This document shows, in pieces, positions 50,031 through 59,720 of a DNA stretch of 64,000 bases. The stretch is from Alphaproteobacteria bacterium (GTDB taxonomy: Bacteria; Pseudomonadota; Alphaproteobacteria; UBA828): positions 544,001 to 608,000 of the forward strand of contig CBDCRW010000005.1 of assembly GCA_965221125.1 (NCBI GenBank), given 5' to 3'. Made by a program: the position numbers and the translations under genes. Under the pieces are notes generated by a model. It worked only from the letters and a program-made list of their open reading frames with translations, made no database searches and was not told the DNA's origin. Each line of letters opens with the position of its first letter. Position 1 is the first letter of the stretch.

Positions 50031-51245
50031 TCAGGCGAAGGCCTGGATGCCGGTCTGCGCCCGGCCGAGGATCAGGGCGTGGATGTCGTGGGTGCCCTCG
50101 TAGGTGTTGACCGCCTCGAGGTTCATGACGTGGCGGATCACGTGGAACTCGTCGCTGATGCCGTTGCCGCCGTGCATGTCGCGGGCGGTGCGCGCCATCT
50201 CCAGCGCCTTGCCGCAGGAGTTGCGCTTGATCAGCGAGATCATCTCGGGCGTGGCGCGGCCCTCGTCGAAGAGCCGGCCCACGCGCAGGCACGCCTGCAG
50301 GCCGATGGCGATCTCGGTCTGCATGTCGGCGAGCTTCTTCTGGATGAGCTGGTTGGCGGCGAGCGGCTTGCCGAACTGCTTGCGGTCCATGGTGTAGTCG
50401 CGGGCCGCCCGCCAGCAGAACTCGGCGGCGCCGAGCGCGCCCCAGCCGATGCCGTAGCGGGCCCGGTTGAGGCAGCGGAAGGGGCCGGACAGCCCGCTCG
50501 CGCCGGGCAGCTCGTTCTCCGCCGGCACGAACACCTCGTCCATCTGGATCATGCCCGTGACCGAGGCGCGGAGCGAGAACTTGCCCTCGATCTTGGGCGC
50601 CGCCAGCCCCGCCATGCCCTTCTCCAGCAGGTAGCCCCGGATCGTGCCCTCGTCGTTCTTGGCCCAGACCACGAAGACATCGGCGATAGGCGAGTTGGAG
50701 ATCCAGTTCTTCGCGCCGGAGAGGAGGAAGCCGCCGTCGACCGCCCTGGCGCGGGTCGTCATGCTGCCGGGGTCGGAGCCCGAGTCCGGCTCGGTGAGGC
50801 CGAAGCAGCCGATGGCCTCGCCGGCAGCGAGCCGCGGCAGCCACGCCTGCTTCTGCGCCTCGGTGCCGTAGGCGTCGATGGGATACATCACCAGGCTCGA
50901 CTGCACGCTCATCGCCGAGCGGTAGCCGGAATCCACCGCCTCGATCTCCCGCGCCGCGAGGCCGTAGCAGACGTAGCTCACGCCGGCGCAGCCGTGGCCC
51001 TGGATGGTCGATCCCAGCAGGCCGAGGGCGCCCATCTCGTTCATGATCGCGCGGTCGAAGCGCTCGTGCCGGTTCGCCTCGAGGATGCGCGGCATCAGCT
51101 TCTCTTGGGCGTAGGCGCGGGTGGTGTCCCGCACCAGCCGCTCGTCCTCGCCGAGCTGATCGTCGAGAAGGAAGGGATCGTCCCACTGGAACGCGGGCTT
51201 CGTGCGGGGCGGTGCGGCCTCGGCGGCCGCGGCGGACTGGACCAT
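50031..51245 (-). CDS. gcdH: Glutaryl-CoA dehydrogenase
   Basis: [52 protein letters not shown]. Confidence 0.92.
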   Translation of the reverse strand: MVQSAAAAEAAPPRTKPAFQWDDPFLLDDQLGEDERLVRDTTRAYAQEKLMPRILEANRHERFDRAIMNEMGALGLLGSTIQGHGCAGVSYVCYGLAAREIEAVDSGYRSAMSVQSSLVMYPIDAYGTEAQKQAWLPRLAAGEAIGCFGLTEPDSGSDPGSMTTRARAVDGGFLLSGAKNWISNSPIADVFVVWAKNDEGTIRGYLLEKGMAGLAAPKIEGKFSLRASVTGMIQMDEVFVPAENELPGASGLSGPFRCLNRARYGIGWGALGAAEFCWRAARDYTMDRKQFGKPLAANQLIQKKLADMQTEIAIGLQACLRVGRLFDEGRATPEMISLIKRNSCGKALEMARTARDMHGGNGISDEFHVIRHVMNLEAVNTYEGTHDIHALILGRAQTGIQAFA

Positions 51246-51274
51246 GATTCCCTCCTGGACGATGCGCCGTTTTA

Positions 51275-51540
51275 GCCCGCATTTCTCACCAAGGCCACGG
51301 CCTGCGTCGTGCCCAGGCGTTCGATCCGCCAGGAGCGGGCCGAAAAGCGTATCGGGGAATACGGTTGAGGCCCGCGACGCCGCGGGCGGGCGCCTGGGCG
51401 CGACCCGAAGGGCGGCGCTCTCCGGCCGACATGCTGCGTCGATGCGCTTGCCCGATGTCCCTGCATCGCGCTGCGCGCCTCTCCTTGCCTGTCGGCCGGA
51501 CAGCGCCGCGCAGACCATGACCTTGGTGAGAATTGCGGGC
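51275..51540. mobile_element. MITE-like element, copy 2 (inverted relative to copy 1)
   Basis: Near-identical reverse complement of 8699-8963 with the same TIRs. Confidence 0.85.
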
Positions 51541-51542
51541 TG

Positions 51543-51568
51543 GCCCGCATTTCTTATCAAGGCCACGG
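51543..51568. repeat. Extra MITE terminal repeat abutting copy 2 back-to-back
   Basis: GCCCGCATTTCTTATCAAGGCCACGG, 2 bp after the element end. Confidence 0.75.
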
Positions 51569-51770
51569 TGAGGGATGCGGGCGGACGGCCCGGACCATGG
51601 TGCGGTGCAGGGTGCGCACGCGCTGCGTCAGGATCGCGCCATGAAGCAGGGGAGCATACGCGCCGCCGCGGCCGAAAGCAGGACCGGGGGACGCGCGGGG
51701 CTGCGGCAAATGGCCCCGCACGAGCACCGCCCAGGCCGTTGCGGGGGCCGTTCGGACACCCGGCAGCCCA

Positions 51771-51830
51771 TCTCGCCTTGTCTCACTTTGTCTCGCCTTG
51801 TCTCGGAATATCTCGGCTTATCTCGGCTTT
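51771..51830. repeat. 10-bp period tandem array (6 units)
   Basis: TCTCGCCTTG TCTCACTTTG TCTCGCCTTG TCTCGGAATA TCTCGGCTTA TCTCGGCTTT. Confidence 0.85.
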
Positions 51831-51958
51831 TTCGGCAAAAAAAGTTGCTAGGCGCGCCTCACTTAGCACTGCGCGGCGCGCACGACGGGCGGGCTCTTGG
51901 CGTCGCGCGCGTCCCCGCGAGACTTGCTTCGGCGCACGTTCCGCAAGAGGCTCCGCCC

Positions 51959-52897
51959 ATGCCCGCCGATCAGCCCGCAGCGGAGAAACCCGGCGCCGCC
52001 GCCCGTCCGAGTCTTCTATTGATCGGGATGCTGTTCGTCCTCGGCGTCTCCTTCGCGCTCGCGGTCTCGCTCAACCGCTTCGCGGCCGATGGCGGCGTGC
52101 CCTTCCTCCCTTACGTGTTCTGGCAATCGTTCGGCGGGGGTGCGGCGCTGATGCTGCTGGCTGCCGCGCTTCGCCGTCTGCCGCCGGTGGACTTCCGCCA
52201 CGTCCGCATCTTCCTCTCCACCGGGGCGCTGAACCTCGCCTTCCCCTACATGCTGCTCGCCTACCTCGCGCCCAAGGTGCCGGCGAGCCTGCTGTCGCTG
52301 GGTCTCGCGCTGGTGCCCATCATGGTCTACGTGCTGGCGCTCAGCCTCAGGCTGGATCGCTTCCACTGGCTCCGCTGCAGCGGCATCCTGCTCGGGTTCG
52401 CCGGCATCCTCATCGTGCTGGTCCCGCAGGCGAGCCTGCCGGCGCCCGGCATGGCAGGCTGGGTGGCGCTCGGCCTGGTGCCGTCGCTCTCCTACGCGGT
52501 GAACGCGGTCCTCGTCGCGCGCTGGCGGCCGCAGGAGACGACCTCGCTGCCGCTTGCCGGCGGCCTCATGCTGGCCTCCGGCGGCTACGTGCTCGTCGTG
52601 ATGGCGGCGATGGGGGAGTGGTGGGCCTTCGGCGGCGATTTCGGCATCGGCCACGGGGCGACGATCGGCGCCATGGCCAACAACTGCGTCTCGTTCTACC
52701 TGGTGTTCGAGATCATTCGCCGCGCCGGCCCGGTAATCTTCTCCACCGTCAACTACATCGCCACGCTGTCGGGCATGGGCTTCGGCATGTGGTTCTTCGG
52801 CGATGCGCCCTCGGCCTATATCTGGGGCGCGATCGTCCTGATGTTCGCCGGCCTCTTCCTGGTGACCACGACCGGCCGCAGCGAGAATTCGGGCTAG
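51959..52897 (+). CDS. DMT/EamA family transporter
   Basis: ~10 TM helices in two EamA-like repeats; IIRRAGPV..STVNY. Confidence 0.85.
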   Translation: MPADQPAAEKPGAAARPSLLLIGMLFVLGVSFALAVSLNRFAADGGVPFLPYVFWQSFGGGAALMLLAAALRRLPPVDFRHVRIFLSTGALNLAFPYMLLAYLAPKVPASLLSLGLALVPIMVYVLALSLRLDRFHWLRCSGILLGFAGILIVLVPQASLPAPGMAGWVALGLVPSLSYAVNAVLVARWRPQETTSLPLAGGLMLASGGYVLVVMAAMGEWWAFGGDFGIGHGATIGAMANNCVSFYLVFEIIRRAGPVIFSTVNYIATLSGMGFGMWFFGDAPSAYIWGAIVLMFAGLFLVTTTGRSENSG

Positions 52898-52906
52898 CGC
52901 CGAACT

Positions 52907-53398
52907 CTACTGAGCGACATCCCCGCTCGACGAGGACTCGCCGCCTTCGCCGGCGCCGGCGTCGCCTTCCGCCGCCCCGGCCCGGCGCCGCTTCTGGCCG
53001 AGGCCGATCTGCTTCGCGAACTCCGAGCGCCTGCGCGCGTAGTTGGGTGCCACCATCGGGTAATCGGGGTCGAGCCCCCACTTCGCCCGGTATTCGTCCG
53101 GGGTCATGTTGTAGGTCGTGCGCAGGTGCCGCTTCAGCATCTTCAGCTCGCGGCCGTCTTCGAGGCAGACCAGGTAGTCCGGCGTGATCGACTTCTTGAC
53201 CGGGACGGCGGGCTTCGGCGCCGCGGAGACGGCGGTCTCGCTGGCCTGTGCCTGGCGCAGGGACGCATGAACCGTACGAATGACATCGGCGAGGTCAGTC
53301 GGCGCCACTGTATTATTGCCCACATAGGCGGTCACGACGTCTGCAGTCATGCGTAACAGGGCGTCGTTCGAGCCGGGGTTTTCTGTCTCGTCGCTCAT
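52907..53398 (-). CDS. mucR: MucR/Ros transcriptional regulator
   Basis: TADVVTAYVGNN, PAVPVKKSITPDYLVCLEDG, LKRHL, YPMVAPNY; AT-rich upstream region. Confidence 0.93.
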   Translation of the reverse strand: MSDETENPGSNDALLRMTADVVTAYVGNNTVAPTDLADVIRTVHASLRQAQASETAVSAAPKPAVPVKKSITPDYLVCLEDGRELKMLKRHLRTTYNMTPDEYRAKWGLDPDYPMVAPNYARRRSEFAKQIGLGQKRRRAGAAEGDAGAGEGGESSSSGDVAQ

Positions 53399-53554
53399 TT
53401 CACTGTCTTTATCATATGTGACCGGATATTCGTCACGAGTATATTGATGATATGCTTGCGTTGTCAAATGCGATTCTTCAACTCTAGTCTGCGTTGCTAT
53501 AAGACGAAGACCGCGCCGAGCCAGTCAACGACCCGCTGCACCGGAGATTTCGCC

Positions 53555-54958
53555 ATGATTCAAACGCCCGCGACGCGCGACGCCCCTGCCTTCGAGGCGC
53601 TCTATGCGCTGGTGAGCGAGAACCTCGACCCGGGCGCCGGCGACATCCCGGTGGACCGGCTCATGCAGGTCTTCCGCTGCCTCTCCGACCTCTACGACGC
53701 CGATGTCAGCAGCCCGCTCAACATGGGCTACTTCTGCATCGACGCGGACGCGGCCTCGCTCGCCGCCATGGACGAGACCAACCGGCGCGGCGCGAACGTG
53801 GCGGTCCGGGGGCAGCATCCGGCCTCCGCCGCCTTCGAGCAGTACGGCGTCGACCTGCTTCTCGAGGCCTTCGGCATCGACCCTGCGGGCGGGGCCGGCC
53901 ACTTCACGGCCTGCGGCACCGAGGCGAACCACACCGCCATGATCGTCGCCCTGACCGATCGGCTCTCGCACCGCAATCCGCGCTGCCGCGCCTACGATCC
54001 GGCGCTGTGTACCGACGAGGCCGGGCGCGAGGAGCCCTTCGAGTACTGGCGCCACGGCGCGCTGCCGCTCCGGGTGCGGCCTGCGCTCTACGTCTCGCCC
54101 CAGACCCACGTCTCGATCGAGAAGAACGCGCGCAACCTGATCGGCACCGCGTCGATCCGCACCGTGCCGGTCGACGGCGCGCTGCGCATGGACGTGGGCG
54201 CGCTCGCCGAGATGATGGCGGCCGACGCGGCCTCGGGCGCCTTCCTGCCCTTCCTCGTCATCGGCTCGGTCGGCGCGACGCCGTCGGGCATCGTCGATCC
54301 GCTGGCCGAGATCGGCGCTGTCTGCCGCGAGCAGGGCGCATGGTTCCACGTGGACGCACCGTGGGGCGCCATCGCGGCGTTCTCGCCCCGCCTGCGCGAG
54401 GCCTGCCTCGCCGGCCTGGAGGCCGCGGACTCCCTCATCTTCGACCCGCACAAGACCCTGGTGCCGCTGGGGGCGGGCGGATGCGGCATGTTTCTCTGCC
54501 GCCACCGCGCGGCGGTGGAGCGCGCGTTCAACGTCTCCGGCGGCGACGTGAAGCCGCACGAGTTCGCCTATCTCTCGCTCCAGGGCTCGCGCGCCAACAG
54601 CGGGCTCCGCGTGCTGACGTCCATTCTCCAGCCGGACGCGCTGGCGCAGCGGATCGAGCGGGAGGCCGCGCTGGGCGACACGCTTCGCCGCCTTCTCGGC
54701 GATGCGGGCTGGGAGATCGTGAACCGGACGCCGCTGCCGGTCGTCTGCGCCGTTCACCCGGCGATGCGGGCGGGCGCGTTCACCGCCGCCGAGGCGGTCT
54801 GGCACCTGCGGACAGAAGGCGTGCTGGCTTGGGCGGAGGCGCTCAGGCCGGGCGAGCCGGAGGCCGTCCGCCTCGGCATCATCAGCCGCCGGACGACCGA
54901 GGAGTCGGTGCGCTTCGTCGTGGAGCGGCTCTCGGCCTTCGCCGCAGAGCGGACTTAA
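53555..54958 (+). CDS. Group II PLP-dependent decarboxylase-like protein
   Basis: GTEAN, THVSIEK, HVDA, DSLIFDPHK PLP-lysine motif. Confidence 0.8.
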   Translation: MIQTPATRDAPAFEALYALVSENLDPGAGDIPVDRLMQVFRCLSDLYDADVSSPLNMGYFCIDADAASLAAMDETNRRGANVAVRGQHPASAAFEQYGVDLLLEAFGIDPAGGAGHFTACGTEANHTAMIVALTDRLSHRNPRCRAYDPALCTDEAGREEPFEYWRHGALPLRVRPALYVSPQTHVSIEKNARNLIGTASIRTVPVDGALRMDVGALAEMMAADAASGAFLPFLVIGSVGATPSGIVDPLAEIGAVCREQGAWFHVDAPWGAIAAFSPRLREACLAGLEAADSLIFDPHKTLVPLGAGGCGMFLCRHRAAVERAFNVSGGDVKPHEFAYLSLQGSRANSGLRVLTSILQPDALAQRIEREAALGDTLRRLLGDAGWEIVNRTPLPVVCAVHPAMRAGAFTAAEAVWHLRTEGVLAWAEALRPGEPEAVRLGIISRRTTEESVRFVVERLSAFAAERT

Positions 54959-55374
54959 CCCTTTCCGGGCCGCCAGCCGGGCGGAGCCAGCTCGAAGCCC
55001 GCGAACGCGAAGGCCGGCGCCACCGTGCAGCCGACCAGCGTCCAGTCGCCTTCCGAACGCGCGCTCTGCCAGGCGCGCACGGGAACCGTGACCTGCGGCC
55101 ATGCGCCGTCGCCCACTCCCAGGCGATGACTCGCCGTCGCCACGCCGTCGAGCGAGAGCTCGAGCCTGAGCGCGGCGCCGGCATGGTAGTGCCAGATCTC
55201 CACCGCATCGATCCGGTGCCAGTGGGAGACCTCGCCCGCCCGCAACAGGTAGTAGATGGAGGTCACCGCGCCGCGTCCGCCGCCTTCGGGCAGGGCACGA
55301 TATGTCTCGCGGTAGTGACCGCCCTCCGGGTGCGGGACCAGTCCGTAGCGGGCGATGATCTCGTCGGCGTTCAT
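54955..55374 (-). CDS. DUF985 cupin
   Basis: PHPEGGHYRETY, TSIYYLL, EIWHY, LVGCTVAPAF. Confidence 0.9.
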   Translation of the reverse strand: MNADEIIARYGLVPHPEGGHYRETYRALPEGGGRGAVTSIYYLLRAGEVSHWHRIDAVEIWHYHAGAALRLELSLDGVATASHRLGVGDGAWPQVTVPVRAWQSARSEGDWTLVGCTVAPAFAFAGFELAPPGWRPGKG

Positions 55375-55510
55375 CGGCGCTCTCCCTCCGGCGGACGGTG
55401 ACGGCACTGCGCGGAAACCGCCTCGGCAGGGCGGCCGGCGTGCCGCTTCGGAAGCATGGCAGCGCCCTCTTCTGTACTATACTGGGCGCATGATGGAATG
55501 CTCTTTCGGC

Positions 55511-56752
55511 ATGGCTCGATCGAGGTGGGCGGCGAGGCCGGTGCGGACCGTGCGACACCGGGTGGGCGCGCGCGTTTTCGCGGCGGCGGCGGGGCTGGCG
55601 GCGCTGACGATGTGGTCGAGCGCCGGGGCGGCGGAGACGCTCATCGAGGGCTTCTCCTTCGGCTGCGAGACCGCCGACGGCACGATCGTCAAGCCCCGCC
55701 ACGGCGACATCGAGGGCATGTCCTACCCGGACCTTCCGGCTCAGCGCGCCCAGTGCCTCGGCACCATCGATCGCAAGATCGCGCTCTGCTGGGAGAACAC
55801 GGAGTTCGCGACCGGGGCCGACAACCAGGAGTACGCCGCCTGTCTCTCGGTCTTCCAGGATCAGGCGCGCGCGTGCGTCGGGCACTTCTCGTTCGAGCGA
55901 TCGAAGTGCGGCGCCGAGGGTCCCGATTCCGACGCGGTCCAGGCGGGCGAGCAGGACGGCCAGCCGGCGCTGGAGGGCCCGCCGAGAGACCGTTACCGCG
56001 TGAAACCGCTCGTGCGGCTGATGACGGTGAGAGAGGCGGCCAATGTCAGGACCGGCCCCGGCCCCGACTACGACATCGTGGGCACGGTCATGGTCGGCGA
56101 CGAGGTGCGCGTGACCGGCGAAGTGCGCGGCCGGGACTGGGTGCGGGTGGTGTACCCCGGCACCGGCGAGCCCGCCTTCATATACGCGCCGCTCCTGCAT
56201 GGGGCGCGGGAGCCAGCGCCGCAGCCGGCACCGGATGCGGCGACTGCGGCGCCTGCGGAAACCGCGGTGCCGGCGCAGACGGCATCGCCTCTCGAGCCTT
56301 CCGGCCCGAGCTGGTCGGTCGCCGAGAACACCCCTTGCCTCGTGTGGAACTACGGCAACAGGGACTACGAGCCGTTCACCTGGTCGGGTGCCTGCGTGGA
56401 CGACAAGGCCTCCGGCGAAGGGCGCCTGGTCTTCCGCGGCGGCGAGGGGGTCTACGAAGGCCCCATGCAGGCCGGCAAGATGCACGGACGCGGCGTCTTC
56501 GAATGGACCAACGGCTTCCGCTACGAAGGCGAGCTTCGCGAGGGCAAGCAGCACGGGCACGGGGTCTACGTCGGCACCAGCGGCGAGCGCTACGAGGGCG
56601 AGTGGCGCGAGGGCAGGCCGCACGGGCAGGGCACCTACATCGAAGCCGACGGCACCGTCTATGAAGGCGCGTGGCGCGACGGCTGCTTTGGAGACCGCGA
56701 CAGCCGCTGGGCCTCGATCGGAACCTCGGCGGCGGCCTGCGGCTTCGAATAG
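55511..56752 (+). CDS. Secreted protein: Cys-rich domain, SH3b-like domain and MORN repeats
   Basis: Signal-like segment ending AGA; ANVRTGPG..Y SH3 motif; repeated YEGEW..G..HG.G; start uncertain. Confidence 0.78.
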   Translation: MARSRWAARPVRTVRHRVGARVFAAAAGLAALTMWSSAGAAETLIEGFSFGCETADGTIVKPRHGDIEGMSYPDLPAQRAQCLGTIDRKIALCWENTEFATGADNQEYAACLSVFQDQARACVGHFSFERSKCGAEGPDSDAVQAGEQDGQPALEGPPRDRYRVKPLVRLMTVREAANVRTGPGPDYDIVGTVMVGDEVRVTGEVRGRDWVRVVYPGTGEPAFIYAPLLHGAREPAPQPAPDAATAAPAETAVPAQTASPLEPSGPSWSVAENTPCLVWNYGNRDYEPFTWSGACVDDKASGEGRLVFRGGEGVYEGPMQAGKMHGRGVFEWTNGFRYEGELREGKQHGHGVYVGTSGERYEGEWREGRPHGQGTYIEADGTVYEGAWRDGCFGDRDSRWASIGTSAAACGFE

Positions 56753-56783
56753 CGCGCGTCCGATTGTGACGGACACACCCTAA
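56750..56783. repeat. RIME-like palindromic element, minimal degenerate copy
   Basis: TAGCGCGCGTCCGATTGTGACGGACACACCCTA resembles the left arm of the 39280 element. Confidence 0.65.
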
Positions 56784-57592
56784 ATCAGGACACCCCCGTC
56801 CACGTTGATGGCCTGCCCGGTGACGTGTGGGGCCTCCACCAGGTAGAGGGCGAGCGCGGCCATGTCGTCGGCGGTCTGCGGCACGCCTTGCGGAATGAAG
56901 CCCTCGACGATGCGCGAGAAGGCCTGATCGGGCGTCTCCCCCGGCTCCAGCTGGGCCTCGGTGAGATGCGTCCACATCTGCGTTCCCACGATGCCCGGGC
57001 AGATGCAGTTCACCGTGATGTCCTCGCGCGCGACCTCCTTGGCGAGCGCATTGGTGAACCCGACCACGGCAAATTTCGACGCGCAGTAGTGCGTGATGTT
57101 CTTGTAGCCGTTCCGGCCCGCGATCGACGCGATGTTGATGATCCGCCCGCCTCCGCCTTGCGCGCGCATGCGGATGACCGCCGCCTTGTTCACCAGGAAG
57201 GTCCCCCTGGCGTTCACGTCCATGGTGTAGTCCCACTCGGCTTCGCTGATATCGGCGATGGCGTGGGTGACGATGACCCCGGCGGCGTTGACCACGACGT
57301 CGACCCGGCCGAAGCGTTCGACCGTCTGCGCGAACATGGCGTCGACCTGGGCCCCGTCGGCGACATCCGCCTCGATGGCGACGGCATCGCCGCCGATCTC
57401 GGCCGCCACGGCCTCAGCCGCGCTGTAGCCGCCGATGTGGGTCTTCTCGTACTGGTTGCCGGCGCTCGGCGCATGCTCCAGCCCCGCGAGCGCGACCTTC
57501 ATCCCCTCCTCGGTGAAGCGGAGCGCGATGCCCTTGCCGATGCCGGTCCCGCCGCCGGTGACGAGCGCGACCTTGCCCGCTGCGTCCGTCAT
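56780..57592 (-). CDS. Short-chain dehydrogenase/reductase (acetoin reductase-like)
   Basis: TGGGTGIG, YCASKFAV, CPGIVGTQMW. Confidence 0.9.
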   Translation of the reverse strand: MTDAAGKVALVTGGGTGIGKGIALRFTEEGMKVALAGLEHAPSAGNQYEKTHIGGYSAAEAVAAEIGGDAVAIEADVADGAQVDAMFAQTVERFGRVDVVVNAAGVIVTHAIADISEAEWDYTMDVNARGTFLVNKAAVIRMRAQGGGGRIINIASIAGRNGYKNITHYCASKFAVVGFTNALAKEVAREDITVNCICPGIVGTQMWTHLTEAQLEPGETPDQAFSRIVEGFIPQGVPQTADDMAALALYLVEAPHVTGQAINVDGGVLI

Positions 57593-57693
57593 GTCCGTCC
57601 CACTCCCTCGTCAAGCTCTTCACGCACCGCTGCGTCGCGGTGGCCGTGAACGTGTGGCTTCGCGCGCCTGGAGTCCAGGCCTATGATCGTCCC

Positions 57694-58992
57694 GTGCAAA
57701 CGCTCTGCCGCGACTGCGGCCACCGGCCGCTCGGCCCCGCCGGCAGCTGCCCGGCCTGCGGGTCTGCGCGCGTACTCAGCCACGCGGAGCTGCACGACCT
57801 CGCCATCGCCCACCTCGACTGCGACGCCTTCTACGCCGCGATCGAGAAGCGCGACCGCCCGGCGTTGCGCGAGCGCCCCGTGATCGTCGGCGGCCGCCAC
57901 CGGGGCGTGGTCGCCGCCTGCTGCTACATCGCCCGCACCTACGGCGTCCGCTCCGCCATGCCCATGTTCAAGGCGTTGCGCGCCTGCCCCGATGCCGAGG
58001 TCATCAAGCCCGACATGAGGAAGTACGCGGCGGTCGGCCGCGAGGTCCGCGCCATGATGCTGGACTGCACGCCGCTGGTGGAGCCGCTCTCCATCGACGA
58101 GGCGTTCATGGACCTCTCCGGCACCCAGTCCCTGCACCGCGCGAGCGCGGCGGAGACGCTGGCGGCCCTCGCGCGCCGCGTGGAGGATGCGCTCTCCATC
58201 ACCGTCTCCGTCGGCCTCAGCTACAACAAGTTCCTGGCCAAGATCGCCTCCGACCTCGACAAGCCGCGCGGCTTCGCGGTGATCGGCCGGGCCGAGGCCC
58301 GCGCCTTCCTCGCCGACAAGCCGGTGGGGCTGCTGTGGGGCGTGGGCGCGGCGATGCAGCGGCGCCTCGCGCGGGACGGCATCACGCGCATCGGTGAGCT
58401 TGCCTGCCTCGACGAAGCCACGCTCGTTGCCCGCTACGGCAAGATCGGCAAGCGGCTCGCCATGTGCGCGCGCGGCGAGGATGATCGCCCGGTCAACCCC
58501 GAACGCGAGACCAAGAGCATCTCCTCGGAGATCACGCTCGACGAGGACATCACCGATCCGGCAGCGCTGCGCTCGATCCTCTGGCGCCTCACCGAGACGG
58601 TGGCCCGGCGCCTGAAGAAGGCCGGGCTCGCCGGCGGCGGCGTCACGCTCAAGCTCAAGACCGCCGACTTCCGCATCGTCACCCGCGCGCGGCGGCTCGG
58701 CGCCGTGACCCAGTCGGCGGACGAGATGTTCCGCGCGGCCGAGGCGCTGCTCGCCCGCGAGTGCGACGGCCGCGCCTTCCGCCTCATCGGCATCGGCGCC
58801 CACGCCCTCGCTCCGGCCGGGGACGCGGCCGAGGCCTCCCAGGGCGACCTCTTCGCCGATCCCGCGCCTGCCGAGGACAAGGTCGACAAGGCATTGGATG
58901 CCGTGCGCGACAAGTTCGGCGAGGACGCCATCGTCAGGGGCCGCGGCTTCGGCACGAAGCTCGTCCGCCAGGGCCCCTCCAAGGTGGAGTAG
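57694..58992 (+). CDS. dinB: DNA polymerase IV
   Basis: N-terminal CRDC/CPAC, HLDCDAFYA, GVRSAMP, SIDEAF, KIASDLDKP. Confidence 0.95.
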   Translation: MQTLCRDCGHRPLGPAGSCPACGSARVLSHAELHDLAIAHLDCDAFYAAIEKRDRPALRERPVIVGGRHRGVVAACCYIARTYGVRSAMPMFKALRACPDAEVIKPDMRKYAAVGREVRAMMLDCTPLVEPLSIDEAFMDLSGTQSLHRASAAETLAALARRVEDALSITVSVGLSYNKFLAKIASDLDKPRGFAVIGRAEARAFLADKPVGLLWGVGAAMQRRLARDGITRIGELACLDEATLVARYGKIGKRLAMCARGEDDRPVNPERETKSISSEITLDEDITDPAALRSILWRLTETVARRLKKAGLAGGGVTLKLKTADFRIVTRARRLGAVTQSADEMFRAAEALLARECDGRAFRLIGIGAHALAPAGDAAEASQGDLFADPAPAEDKVDKALDAVRDKFGEDAIVRGRGFGTKLVRQGPSKVE

Positions 58993-59064
58993 ACTCGGCG
59001 ATTTCCGTGTGCAATTTCGCAAGTGCGAACCCTCGCCAATCTCAACACTTTGATCGCAAAGCGG

Positions 59065-59106
59065 AAAAAGAAAAGAGGGGACTTCCGGCTGGTGCTGGAA
59101 GTCCCC
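59065..59106 (-). terminator. Intrinsic terminator downstream of the HTH gene
   Basis: GGGGACTTCC...GGAAGTCCCC stem followed on the minus strand by TCTTTTCTTTTT. Confidence 0.75.
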
Positions 59107-59213
59107 ATATGAGGCCCAATGACCCTGGAAACATCTCCCCGAGATGATCGCTTGTCGACGAACAGCCGGGGCTGTGATCTTGGCGTACAGGGCCCTCAGA
59201 CTAGGGTGAAGCC

Positions 59214-59720
59214 CTAATCTGGAGCCTCAACAGGTCGCCTGCGAAGGCCGGGTCGGGTCACTTCGCGGCGGCGTTTCTTGTTTTCCTCCTCGACTTCGCG
59301 AAATTCGGGCTCTAGCTCCGCCAGACGTGCTACGAGCCCACTGAGGTCGTATTCGTTGCTGAGTTTGCCCCGGTGGGGGGCCGTGCGCTCTATACGCTTG
59401 ACGTAACCCATTTCCTCAAGCTCGGCGATGTAGCGTTGCACCTGTCGAGCGCTCAGGTTCAGGCGCTCGCCAAGCGTCTGCTTCTTGGGCCACGGTCTGC
59501 GCTCTGCATCCCACCAATAGTCGGCGAGGTGCATCACAACCGCTAACTGCGTCGGGCTCAGTTTCAATCTGGCCTGAGCTCGAAGCAGTAAGGAGGGCAC
59601 AATGCAAAAGCCTAGCTTCATAACGGCTTTGCCCCACTTTCTCTCGGAAGCTTTGGCGGCACTCCGAGGGCGCAGGGCTATGATCTTGGCGGAATCGCGT
59701 GTCATATTGAGTTTTCCCAT
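59214..59720 (-). CDS. Winged-HTH protein, replication-initiator/DnaD-N-like
   Basis: GFCIVPSLLL, WPKKQTLGERLNLSARQVQRYIAELEEMGYV, SNEYDL; start may be 59705 or 59804. Confidence 0.75.
   Translation of the reverse strand: MGKLNMTRDSAKIIALRPRSAAKASERKWGKAVMKLGFCIVPSLLLRAQARLKLSPTQLAVVMHLADYWWDAERRPWPKKQTLGERLNLSARQVQRYIAELEEMGYVKRIERTAPHRGKLSNEYDLSGLVARLAELEPEFREVEEENKKRRREVTRPGLRRRPVEAPD

Noticed and set aside
52895-52909. TAGCGCCGAACTCTA between the DMT gene and mucR as a fourth stop-codon repeat copy
   Set aside because: Too short and degenerate to distinguish from chance
57694-57790. Zinc-ribbon extension on DinB
   Set aside because: Common in alphaproteobacterial Pol IV
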